Shown piece after piece: positions 7,658 through 16,270 of a stretch of 20,000 bases of DNA. The stretch's first letter is position 1; each line of letters begins with the position of its first letter. The notes below the pieces were generated by a model that saw only the letters and a list, made by a program, of their open reading frames with translations, ran no database searches and had not been told where the DNA came from. The translations under genes and the position numbers were made by a program. This DNA comes from an uncultured virus (IMG/VR IMGVR_UViG_3300025470_001263) (Duplodnaviria > Heunggongvirae > Uroviricota > Caudoviricetes): IMG/VR virus record IMGVR_UViG_3300025470_001263. One strand, given 5' to 3'.

Positions 7658-8610
7658 TAATTCTGATTTAATATTAGTCTTGATTTAAAATCAAGTAAGT
7701 CAAACCAATAACATCCAACACATCCTATAGCATCATTATATTCAAGATTTCCACTTGTTAAAGATATACCATATCCTAAAAAAGATGCATCGTATCTTAT
7801 ACAATTTTCTTTACATCTTTTACAAGAATTTCTTTTAATTTTATTACATTTATTACATAACGGTTGAAAATCTGATAAATTTTGAGTTATTGAGTTTAAA
7901 ACTTCTTTGTCATCATATCTACCGTTTTTGTGATCGACCTCAATTTTAGTTCTTGTATTGCAATGTGCACATTTTTGTTTTGAAATTATTTTTTTTATAT
8001 CATCACGTATATATCTATTTTTATGTTCATAATCAAAATTGAAACCATTGAATTTATACGCAATTGTTAAACCATTCTCTCCGAGCCAAGTTTCAACTTT
8101 AAAAATAGCTTCAGCATCTCTTTTCCAACCTACTCCGTTATTCGGTTTCAATTTATCATCTTTAGCATCAAAAATATCAAAAAAAGTTTTCTCAGAAAAA
8201 CCAAATTCATCAACGGGTGAATATTTTAGGATTCTTGCAATTTTACTTTTAGGCTTAAGTTTTCTTAATTTTTCTCTGAAATAAAATAATAATTCTTGCT
8301 CTTCTTCCTTGATTTCTTTTGCAACTTCTAAAACTATTTTTTCATCACATTTATATTTTGTTTTTAAATCCTCAATTACTTTCCTCCATTCTGTGGCAGA
8401 ATTTTCGGTAGTTTTAAAAAAAAATTTATGTTTTTGTGATGAAATTTTTAAATCTATCTGAATCGCATTTCTTCTTTCTTCAATCGAAGAAGGTATGACT
8501 GGTTCAAATAATTTAGAATCGCTGAAATAAAAATCTTTTACTACCTGATATAATAAATCATTAGTGTTGTTATAATAAAATATTTTTTTACCTATCCTAT
8601 AAGATCTCAT
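7657..8610 (-). CDS. HNH restriction endonuclease of the R.NlaIII/IceA1 family (CATG-type), with N-terminal extension
   Basis: NNGVGWKR, FNGFN...IRDDIKK, CAHC..IEVDHKNGRYDD, TQNLSDFQPLCNKCNKIKRNSCKRC, RYDA and GCVGCYWFD follow the motif order I recall for NlaIII and H. pylori IceA1. Confidence 0.82.
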   Translation of the reverse strand: MRSYRIGKKIFYYNNTNDLLYQVVKDFYFSDSKLFEPVIPSSIEERRNAIQIDLKISSQKHKFFFKTTENSATEWRKVIEDLKTKYKCDEKIVLEVAKEIKEEEQELLFYFREKLRKLKPKSKIARILKYSPVDEFGFSEKTFFDIFDAKDDKLKPNNGVGWKRDAEAIFKVETWLGENGLTIAYKFNGFNFDYEHKNRYIRDDIKKIISKQKCAHCNTRTKIEVDHKNGRYDDKEVLNSITQNLSDFQPLCNKCNKIKRNSCKRCKENCIRYDASFLGYGISLTSGNLEYNDAIGCVGCYWFDLLDFKSRLILNQN

Positions 8611-8921
8611 TATTTTATTCTATTTTCTTCAAAAAATTCAACAATCGAATTGATTGCCCAAACAACACCTGCAGTAAACATACCGTCAGAAAATATACCA
8701 ATGTATTTATTAACACCAAATATAGGTGCAACTAAACCTCCGAAAAGAATCGACATAAAAAATCCTACCCAAGTTGGTGTACACAACATACAACTAATTA
8801 AATCACCAAAAAATTTTGATTTTGTTTTAATCCAAGCTCTTTGATTTTCGAAGATTGATCCATAAACAATTATGGTTGACATTCCGTATGCAACGAATGC
8901 CCACAAGACAAGATATATCAT
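8610..8921 (-). CDS. Small membrane protein, DUF1360-like
   Basis: Three hydrophobic segments and a CxxCxxxW motif (CMLCTPTWVGF). Confidence 0.7.
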   Translation of the reverse strand: MIYLVLWAFVAYGMSTIIVYGSIFENQRAWIKTKSKFFGDLISCMLCTPTWVGFFMSILFGGLVAPIFGVNKYIGIFSDGMFTAGVVWAINSIVEFFEENRIK

Positions 8922-8950
8922 ATTAACGTTTTTTTAAAATATACGAAAAA

Positions 8951-9328
8951 TTATTCGTCATACAAAGAACTGAGGTTACTATTTTTCATAAACGTACCCT
9001 TTTTTTGTGTATTAAAGGCAGCGAGGATTTTATCCATATCTTCTTTTAACTTATCATATTCCTCCTTGAGTTTTACGTATTCCGTATTATCTGTATTATT
9101 GATAATTACTTCTTTGATAACCTCAACAGGTATTTCTTTTATCACTTCCTTTTCGACTATAACTTCATTAGTTTTACCTGAAGCAAATGACGGGGATTCA
9201 CCATATTTTAGATACGCAAAGCCTCTGTTAAATGTTTCCTTAGCTAATTTATCAATGTCAGTGATATTATTCAATTCACAATACAAAGAGAATTCATCAT
9301 CCAAGATTAAGGTGTATTTCTTTTTCAT
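8951..9328 (-). CDS. Hypothetical protein with EVIKE-type repeats and short coiled coil
   Basis: VIVEKEVIKEIPVEVIKEVI. ATG at 9328 (the track starts at TTG 9331); overlaps the 3' end of the SbcD-like gene. Confidence 0.7.
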   Translation of the reverse strand: MKKKYTLILDDEFSLYCELNNITDIDKLAKETFNRGFAYLKYGESPSFASGKTNEVIVEKEVIKEIPVEVIKEVIINNTDNTEYVKLKEEYDKLKEDMDKILAAFNTQKKGTFMKNSNLSSLYDE

Positions 9329-10103
9329 CAATAATATCGTTAATATCTTTTATCGAGAAATGTAAAAATGGTTCATCATTTTCTAAATCTCTAAATGTGT
9401 AATTATTTTCTACCACGTCGAAAATACCATAACCGTGATGATTCAATGTCTCACCGAAGTTTTGTTGTATGAGTGAACCTATCATAATACCTTTACCCCC
9501 ACTTGGTAAAGTAAATGTTTGTCTTTTATGAATATCACCGCACAATAATAAATCTAAATCGACAAAATTCAACTGATCATACGCATCTTCGAATTGGAAT
9601 CCCATATCGGTTGATAACCCTTGGATAGGACCGTGAAACAAACCTACTGTTAATTTAGTCTCATCCTTTTTGAATTCAGGTCGTGAGTTATGTTGATATA
9701 AAGAATAAACAATCCATTGAATGTTATCGTCTATATATTCACCACTATCTTTATAATATTGAATGTTATCGTTATTCAATAGTTCTGTTATAGGACTGAT
9801 ACTATCTAATCTCTGTGTATTGTTTTCTAAAAAATCATGATTACCAGGTATGATAACTACCTTACCAATATTTTTCACCAACTCATTTATAAACCAAGAA
9901 GTTAACATCAACTGTTCATTAGATATGTTAATTTTTTGGTGAGCTATATCTCCTGCAATTACAACTCTAATGTCCTCATAATTGAAATCTTGAGTTTCTT
10001 CCTTCAATTCAAGGATTAATTTTTCGAACTGCTTTTTGTATAAATCGTGCATTTGAATTGTACGAATATGTAAATCAGCAATATGTATTATTTTTTTTAC
10101 CAT
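9297..10103 (-). CDS. sbcD: SbcD/Mre11/gp47-like metallophosphoesterase nuclease (short, catalytic domain only)
   Basis: IADLH, GDIAH, GNHD, FHG, GDIH and GSLIQQNFGE motifs. Confidence 0.92.
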   Translation of the reverse strand: MVKKIIHIADLHIRTIQMHDLYKKQFEKLILELKEETQDFNYEDIRVVIAGDIAHQKINISNEQLMLTSWFINELVKNIGKVVIIPGNHDFLENNTQRLDSISPITELLNNDNIQYYKDSGEYIDDNIQWIVYSLYQHNSRPEFKKDETKLTVGLFHGPIQGLSTDMGFQFEDAYDQLNFVDLDLLLCGDIHKRQTFTLPSGGKGIMIGSLIQQNFGETLNHHGYGIFDVVENNYTFRDLENDEPFLHFSIKDINDIIDEKEIHLNLG

Positions 10104-10957
10104 CTGTTGATGTATTTTGATAAATCTATTGTAAAAATATTATTTATAATAGGTTGAGGTACTTTGTATTCAACAAATGTACCATCTTCCTTTAATAAAA
10201 CAATAACCCCTCCTAAAAACTTTTTATCTTCAAATTGTGTACCTTCTAACATTTTCTTCATTAATCTAGCATAAAGAGGAATTTGTAAATAATAATGCCC
10301 TAATGCATTATCGTGGTAGTTGTTAAATGGCGGATATAATTTACCTGTATAATGATGTACTTCAAAATTTTTAGGTTGATTTGATTTCCAATCGGTAATT
10401 ACAAATCCAAAATCAGTTTTTTCTTTATTCATCATCAACCATCCTTTATCAGGTTGGCCAGTGTATTGTTCTAATGGGTCACCTAATACAATTTCAGTAT
10501 CTAAAAGGATTGCTCCTCGTTCTTCCATTAAATCTATAAAGTTTTTTCCTGCTGCAATCATTTGATTACTTTTTCTTTCTTGTTCTTCATTGATAGTAAA
10601 AATTGGTTTTCTAACTTCTTTATACCCACCATTTCTTGCTATCAAATCATATTCCAATTCGAAGTGAACTCTACTACCCATATTAGTAGATAGTTCACCG
10701 GCTTTTTTCCATTCAGCAAGTAGTTGTGCTTGTCCTTCAGGATCTCCTTTGGACATTCTTAATGCCATACCTTCGGAATCAAAAGGTTTGTGGAATTTTT
10801 TTACGATTTTAGATACAGATGGAAAATTTGTTTTTACTTTACCATCAATATCTTTCATAAAGTAAATGTGTTTCTCTTCCACAAATTTCAATTGTAATTC
10901 TTGTCTTCTTTTTTCTAATAAATCATTAATTTCTAATGCAATGTCTTTTAAATTCAT
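10097..10957 (-). CDS. PD-(D/E)XK (RecB-like) exonuclease
   Basis: PSVS, GSRVH, TE..GQPD...DWK, and YYLQIPLYA (QxxxY motif). Confidence 0.85.
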   Translation of the reverse strand: MNLKDIALEINDLLEKRRQELQLKFVEEKHIYFMKDIDGKVKTNFPSVSKIVKKFHKPFDSEGMALRMSKGDPEGQAQLLAEWKKAGELSTNMGSRVHFELEYDLIARNGGYKEVRKPIFTINEEQERKSNQMIAAGKNFIDLMEERGAILLDTEIVLGDPLEQYTGQPDKGWLMMNKEKTDFGFVITDWKSNQPKNFEVHHYTGKLYPPFNNYHDNALGHYYLQIPLYARLMKKMLEGTQFEDKKFLGGVIVLLKEDGTFVEYKVPQPIINNIFTIDLSKYINRW

Positions 10958-10973
10958 TTTTTTATATTTTATA

Positions 10974-11375
10974 TTACCAACTTATTTCCCAATCTTTAAA
11001 ATCTGCAGCAAGACAGTCTATCTTATAATCTTTCCTACCTCCAACAACTTCTTGAATTTTATTTTTTGCAGTATTACGAATACCATTTATTCCGTGAGTT
11101 AATGCTAACATACTCGGTCCTGCGGCACCACTTCTAACATTTGTTTCATTATACCATATGTGTGCATTCATTTGAGCTAAAACCACAACAGCTCTTAAAA
11201 CATCTGCTGTAATAATACCGTTTTGTTCATCTAATATTACTTGAATATCGTGAACAATGTCAGCAATCTCTTGTGCATACTCAGTTTTATGTTCTGGTAT
11301 TTTAACTTCTTTTAATTGTGTTATCGATAATCTATCGATTAATTCTGATAACGTGGGTAGATATTTTCTTTCCAT
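10974..11375 (-). CDS. Conserved helical hypothetical protein (DUF4254/DUF6165-like)
   Basis: TLSELIDRLSITQLKE, N..IW.NE..VR and N..RN..KN.I motifs; TAATG coupling to the primase gene. Confidence 0.6.
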   Translation of the reverse strand: MERKYLPTLSELIDRLSITQLKEVKIPEHKTEYAQEIADIVHDIQVILDEQNGIITADVLRAVVVLAQMNAHIWYNETNVRSGAAGPSMLALTHGINGIRNTAKNKIQEVVGGRKDYKIDCLAADFKDWEISW

Positions 11376-12316
11376 TAGTCTAATTGTTTTAATTCGTAAT
11401 CTTTTATATTTCCTTGCAAATCTGCTATGTCCTTATCTCCTTCTAATTTTATAATCCAAACTTTATTCATTAATTTACCACAATTTAATTTGTGATATAA
11501 TCTTTCAGCGTCACCCCAAGCATCGGGGTCTAATACTATCACTATCTTAAAGGCTTTCTCATATAATTTAGTGTATAAATGATCACTCATATACTTACCT
11601 AACATTGGTATTGAGTTCTTTATAAAAATACTATCGAAGGCTCCTTCAACTATGTAGATTGTATCAGTCCAATTAATATGATACTCATTAAAAATTATGA
11701 TTTCTTTTTGAGCTTCAGGATTTTTATATTTTCTTTTTGGTTTTGATAAATATGATCTAGCAATAAAGTAATTCAAATTATTATATTCATCATAAGATGG
11801 TATTATAATTCTAAATGCATATTCTCCATCATAACAAAATCCGATATTAAATTTTATTAACATCTCTTCTGTTATATTTCTTTTTTTGATGTAAGCGTAT
11901 GCTTGTCTATATTGTGGAGTTAATTTTAAACCACTACTGGCGTTTTTGAAAGCAATAAATTCTTTAGGTAATTTGACAGGTTTATAGATTCTTTTTGGGG
12001 CATCCTCATTATATTCAGGTCTTAATAACAAAAACTTTTTAAGTTGTTTTGCATTACCATATTTTTTAATTAATTTATAAATTGAACCGTGAGTTTCGTG
12101 AGTTTCTGCACAACTCCAACATTTATAAACACCTGATTTATAATTAATTTCTAAATTTCCTTTACCGTCACCTTCATCTAAACCTTTTATTTCGTGACTA
12201 CATACTGGGCAATCAAAACTCACCTGACTTTTATAGTCACTGTGATTTCTATAATCACCAAAAATATCTTCTAAAATTTCGAAAATTGGTGTATAATCGT
12301 TTACTTCAATTGCCAT
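11375..12316 (-). CDS. Phage DnaG-type DNA primase (Zn finger + TOPRIM)
   Basis: CPVC...CWSC zinc-binding domain, YIKKRNI, RIIIP, FIAR, KYKNP, IVEGAFD, LDPDA and DIAD. The ATG at 12316 is preferred because the track start at 12388 runs through the terminator hairpin. Confidence 0.9.
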   Translation of the reverse strand: MAIEVNDYTPIFEILEDIFGDYRNHSDYKSQVSFDCPVCSHEIKGLDEGDGKGNLEINYKSGVYKCWSCAETHETHGSIYKLIKKYGNAKQLKKFLLLRPEYNEDAPKRIYKPVKLPKEFIAFKNASSGLKLTPQYRQAYAYIKKRNITEEMLIKFNIGFCYDGEYAFRIIIPSYDEYNNLNYFIARSYLSKPKRKYKNPEAQKEIIIFNEYHINWTDTIYIVEGAFDSIFIKNSIPMLGKYMSDHLYTKLYEKAFKIVIVLDPDAWGDAERLYHKLNCGKLMNKVWIIKLEGDKDIADLQGNIKDYELKQLD

Positions 12317-12344
12317 AACGAATAATATACATAAAAAAATTGAT

Positions 12345-12377
12345 AAAAAAAAATCCCTCGGACACCACTCCGAGGGA
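12345..12377 (-). terminator. Intrinsic (Rho-independent) terminator
   Basis: Perfect 9-bp GC-rich stem TCCCTCGGA-gtggtg-TCCGAGGGA (12354-12377) followed by T9 on the minus strand. Confidence 0.85.
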
Positions 12378-12414
12378 ACACCAACCAAACCTGTATTTCT
12401 ACAGGTCCCGTCCT
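12345..12414 (-). ncRNA. Candidate ~70-nt small RNA (or attenuator) with two hairpins
   Basis: AGGACGGG-ACCTGTA-GAAA-TACAGGT-TTGGTTGGTGT-terminator-T9. A GC-rich island in an AT-rich gap, with a GNRA tetraloop and a promoter-like element directly upstream. Confidence 0.55.
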
Positions 12415-12421
12415 AATTTTA

Positions 12422-12450
12422 AATATATTATAAAATCCGTTAAATGTGAA
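12422..12450 (-). promoter_or_regulatory. Sigma70-like promoter TTCACA-N17-TATATT upstream of the candidate sRNA
   Basis: -35 at 12445-12450, 17-nt spacer, -10 at 12422-12427. It also overlaps a TATTTAA motif (12419-12425). Confidence 0.45.
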
Positions 12451-12453
12451 ATA

Positions 12454-13074
12454 TTAATTGCCGGATTTTTTTTCTGCTTTACTCATATTAATATGTCCGA
12501 TAACACAAGTAACTGCATCAGCCATATCGAAGTTTTCTTTTTTTAGATTGCCCGTTTTACCGTATAACCATTTGATATCGGGGCAAACTACATTAACGTG
12601 GTCCCAAATAACTTGTTTTTTGTCAATATCTTTTGGATAACCTCCAAATAAAACATTACGACCTTTATCATTTGGTCCAACTAAATCAGGAAATGCAAAT
12701 TTTCTTGCATTATAAGTTGAAATGAATGTTGGTAAAATACCTAAAACATCATAACAATTCTTGAGAATCAATGTATTATATCTTAATAAAGTTTGTACTG
12801 TATAAACATTATTAGAATTGATTAAGGGTTCCTCGATCACAATTCTAACAATTCCCATTTCCTTATAATTTTCCAAGTGTTTTTTAAAAGCATCTGCTTT
12901 TTTTAACAATTCTTCGATTTTATCTTCAGGTTGTGGTTTGATTTTTGGAGAAAAATGTGTCAATTCTAATAAATCTGAACCATTTAAATCAAATAAAGCA
13001 AAACCAATTGTTTTGGTACTAATATCTAAACCAAGAATTTTTGGTTTATTTTTAAATTTTACATCTATTTTCAT
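12454..13074 (-). CDS. ruvC: RuvC-like Holliday junction resolvase (phage type)
   Basis: RNase H-fold catalytic motifs ILGLDISTKTIG, IVIEEP and DMADA. Confidence 0.85.
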   Translation of the reverse strand: MKIDVKFKNKPKILGLDISTKTIGFALFDLNGSDLLELTHFSPKIKPQPEDKIEELLKKADAFKKHLENYKEMGIVRIVIEEPLINSNNVYTVQTLLRYNTLILKNCYDVLGILPTFISTYNARKFAFPDLVGPNDKGRNVLFGGYPKDIDKKQVIWDHVNVVCPDIKWLYGKTGNLKKENFDMADAVTCVIGHINMSKAEKKSGN

Positions 13075-13083
13075 ATACTGTAA

Positions 13084-13112
13084 AAGTTAAATAATTTTGG
13101 ATTAAATGTAAA
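13084..13112 (-). promoter_or_regulatory. Sigma70-like promoter TTTACA-N17-TAACTT upstream of ruvC
   Basis: 17-nt spacer; shares ACATTTAA with the element at 12422-12450; only 9 nt between the -10 box and the ATG. Confidence 0.4.
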
Positions 13113-13116
13113 GAGT

Positions 13117-15261
13117 TTAAAAATCTAATTTTACCGCAAATACTTGAGTACCATTTCTTTGGATTGGTACCGAGGTTTTAGCGACAACAAGTGGTTCATA
13201 ATTGTTATCCAATAAAGCAACGTCTGTAATAACCAATTGGTCACCCACTTCGTATGTTGGATTATTTGATGTTTTAAATTGTGTAGAAGGTAAATTAACT
13301 AAAAAATTAAATTCTTCAATGTCCGTAGCTCTAACCAATTTAACACTACCAGGGAAAGGTTGTTCATCTCCAAACTCGGGTTCTTGTCCATAAGTTGTTC
13401 CTGAAACAGGTACTGGTCCCATATATGTAACTAAATCGAATAGTTCTCCACTTTCGTAGTCAATTAAATTTATTACATATGTTTTATTTACTATATCTGA
13501 TTGTGCAATTAATCTTCCTGTATGACATTCACAAATATATGGTGTGAAATTCATAGCAATCCAAGCATCGTGACTTGGTAATGAACCATCTGTTAATTGT
13601 GCTAAAATATAAAATCTATCCGCGTGATATCCTGTTTTATAATTTGCAAAATTATCAACTAAATGAGCAAATTCAGATGCACTGAATGTTACACCGACAT
13701 TATATGGAATGGTTGATTGTGTTCCGTTTGGATTACATATGAAAGAATTAGTTGCTGAAATACTACCATAATAATTACAAGGTAATCCATTCAATTGAGT
13801 AGGATTGGTTGTATCTGTTCCGTTGAAAAGCATATATGTAACCCATAAAGTTTGACCTGTACTTCCATCTAATAAAGATTGTTCGGGTGGTAAATTACTA
13901 TTAATCAAACTTAATTGAGGGGCAGGTAATGTATATTTTCTATTAGATTTATAATCTAAAACTGCAACAAGTTCTTGGTCATCAAAAACTATAATTTTAT
14001 TACCAGGAAATACTTTACCTACATTAATACCTTGTTCATCTATCAAATATCTATATTGTTGACTATGATAAGGATTTTTAGTTGAATTAATATAATAATC
14101 AGTTTCTCCCATAAAAAATCTTGCACCAATTGTCGTACCTGTATTTCTATGATATAAAATAAACGGAATATAAACTTCAAAATATTCAGCATCACTTATA
14201 GGACTTCCGCTGACGCTAATTAATGAATCATTTGTTGATGTATCATAACTTATATAATCATCATATTTGAAAAATCTTTCAGGATCATTTACAATATCGC
14301 CTAATTCAGAATAATGAATAATCGCAATAGTTCTTTGTTGTTCGGGTGTTACATTTATAGTATTACCCATAGTATCTACATATGATGTTGGATTTGATAA
14401 TGTTCCGCCTGTGAAATCATTGAAAGTTTGTCCACTTGTAGATGTATAACCCAAAAGTTCTTTTGTTGAAACAAAAACGTTACTTGTAAATCCTGTTAAA
14501 TTTTGGTCTAACTCATTTACATCATAACCAATTGGTTTGTCGCCCCAAACAATATTCATTGTCCAAGGATCGTGTTGTGCTAAATTATCAGGTAATTGTG
14601 GGTTGCAATTGTCTCCACAATTAACATTCGAAAACTCAATATTTGATGTGTTTGCGATAACTTCTACTGTACCTGTTAATCCTGTTAAGTTTGGTAACTG
14701 TCTATCCAAAGTAAGAGTGTTACCGTTAATACTCATAATTCTATAAACTAAACTATTTGAAGTTTCGCCTGAATAAACTTCATTATCAAATTCATTGAAT
14801 GCTATTGTAATATAATCTGTAATGTTATATGAACTTCCAGTCAATACAGTTAAAGAAGTTGTTCCACTTATACTTGTAATTGATATTTGTTGAGTTAATG
14901 TTTCAATTGTTGAACCAGTTGCTTGATAATTCGAAACAAAGCCAGCAGGACCCATTAAATTTCTAATTGGTGTTGTTGTTGGATGTGGATTTAAAACAGG
15001 AACACCAAATGTTGTTGTTCCACTAATATCTAAACTATATGGATATTTGACACCACTTTCGTGGTCTACCGATGATAATACTCTTTGAGATGGTGTGCCT
15101 AAAATACCAGTAAATCCTGAAAAAGGATCAGTGTAATCATACTCAGAATCTCCGACTTGGAAATAACTGATTTTGAAATCTCCTTTAGCAATCGCATTTC
15201 TACCTCTTTTGGTGATTCTTGCTGATAAATATTCTCCATCATTAGGACTTAAAAAACTCAT
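13117..15261 (-). CDS. Virion structural protein (tail/baseplate/collar-like)
   Basis: N-terminal ITKRGRNAIAKG..ISYFQVGDSE and C-terminal ITDVALLD....LVVAK..PI resemble the two ends of tail-collar/fibre attachment domains. Thr/Gly-rich beta interior; TATTTAT upstream. Confidence 0.65.
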   Translation of the reverse strand: MSFLSPNDGEYLSARITKRGRNAIAKGDFKISYFQVGDSEYDYTDPFSGFTGILGTPSQRVLSSVDHESGVKYPYSLDISGTTTFGVPVLNPHPTTTPIRNLMGPAGFVSNYQATGSTIETLTQQISITSISGTTSLTVLTGSSYNITDYITIAFNEFDNEVYSGETSNSLVYRIMSINGNTLTLDRQLPNLTGLTGTVEVIANTSNIEFSNVNCGDNCNPQLPDNLAQHDPWTMNIVWGDKPIGYDVNELDQNLTGFTSNVFVSTKELLGYTSTSGQTFNDFTGGTLSNPTSYVDTMGNTINVTPEQQRTIAIIHYSELGDIVNDPERFFKYDDYISYDTSTNDSLISVSGSPISDAEYFEVYIPFILYHRNTGTTIGARFFMGETDYYINSTKNPYHSQQYRYLIDEQGINVGKVFPGNKIIVFDDQELVAVLDYKSNRKYTLPAPQLSLINSNLPPEQSLLDGSTGQTLWVTYMLFNGTDTTNPTQLNGLPCNYYGSISATNSFICNPNGTQSTIPYNVGVTFSASEFAHLVDNFANYKTGYHADRFYILAQLTDGSLPSHDAWIAMNFTPYICECHTGRLIAQSDIVNKTYVINLIDYESGELFDLVTYMGPVPVSGTTYGQEPEFGDEQPFPGSVKLVRATDIEEFNFLVNLPSTQFKTSNNPTYEVGDQLVITDVALLDNNYEPLVVAKTSVPIQRNGTQVFAVKLDF

Positions 15262-15287
15262 ATCTTATAAATATTAACTTTTAATTT

Positions 15288-16256
15288 TTAAACTATATTT
15301 CCACCACAAGATCCAAAAAGTGAAAAATTACCTTCCGAATCGAATGTTCCATAATTACCATCCTCACCAATCCAAAATGTAGAATTATCTCCGTCAATTA
15401 CTGCAGGTGGATTGCTACCTACACTATAATATGGATTGAATCCATCATTCAAAACATTATTATCATTAACAGTTGTTATAATTAAAAAACCATTTTGAAC
15501 AAAATATTGATGAGCTCCGTATGTATAACCTGTTGCTTCATTGAAGAAATGACATACTTGTTCTGATGTTCCAGTATAAACTGCAAATTCATATGAAACA
15601 GGGCAACCATTAACTGTGTTACATCTCACGGTATTATCACCATAATATATAAATGAAGTCCAACCATAACTTAAATCACATAAATAATATGTTGTCCCAA
15701 TCTGTAAATTAAATTGGGATAATGTATTATAAGTTGTACCCGGATAATCAGTAAAAACTGCACCTGCTCCTATACTATTCGTTGTTGATTGAAATTCCCA
15801 AACTCCTTGTGAACCTCCTATACTAATACCTCCAATACTACAATCTGAAGGACCTGAAGGTGCTGATGTTCTAATTATACCAAAATATGGTGCTTTAGGC
15901 GTTGCTGTTGGTGTGGATGTTAATGTAGGTGTTGGTGTTTGGGTAGTTACATTTGTTGGTGTTACTGATGGTGTAGGCGTTAAAGTTGGTGTGTTAGTTG
16001 GTGTACTTGTTGGAGTAACTGTAGGTGTTGGTAAATTTTGTATTGTAAAATATCTAAAAATATCACAAGCGCCTGTTGATTGTACTTTGATACTGAAAGA
16101 ATTATCAGGAGCATTCACTCCATAACCATTTATTAAATCATTAAGTGAAATTCCCGTTTCGAAAGGTGTTGTAAATCCATCAACATCAGAATATAAATCA
16201 AAAGGCCCTAATGCACCTGTTGTTGTTGTTAATGTTATAGTTATTGGTAATGACAT
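15288..16256 (-). CDS. Putative virion surface protein: conserved N-domain, Thr-Pro linker, variable C-domain
   Basis: GPFDLYSDVDGFTTPFETGIS is shared with the neighbouring gene; (TP)n linker. Confidence 0.7.
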   Translation of the reverse strand: MSLPITITLTTTTGALGPFDLYSDVDGFTTPFETGISLNDLINGYGVNAPDNSFSIKVQSTGACDIFRYFTIQNLPTPTVTPTSTPTNTPTLTPTPSVTPTNVTTQTPTPTLTSTPTATPKAPYFGIIRTSAPSGPSDCSIGGISIGGSQGVWEFQSTTNSIGAGAVFTDYPGTTYNTLSQFNLQIGTTYYLCDLSYGWTSFIYYGDNTVRCNTVNGCPVSYEFAVYTGTSEQVCHFFNEATGYTYGAHQYFVQNGFLIITTVNDNNVLNDGFNPYYSVGSNPPAVIDGDNSTFWIGEDGNYGTFDSEGNFSLFGSCGGNIV

Positions 16257-16270
16257 AATTTATTTAAATA

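Noticed and set aside
7657..8610. HNH gene as a free-standing homing endonuclease or intron ORF
   Set aside because: The motif set fits the NlaIII/IceA1 restriction family, the gene is coupled to an MTase, and the flanking genes are uninterrupted.
10097..10957. PD-(D/E)XK nuclease as Cas4
   Set aside because: It has no cysteines for the Fe-S cluster, and there are no cas genes or array; the context is phage recombination.
12317..12388. Extended N-terminus of primase from the ORF track (likewise sigma 2539-2589)
   Set aside because: Both use non-ATG starts and translate terminator or leader sequence; downstream ATGs fit the domain boundaries better.
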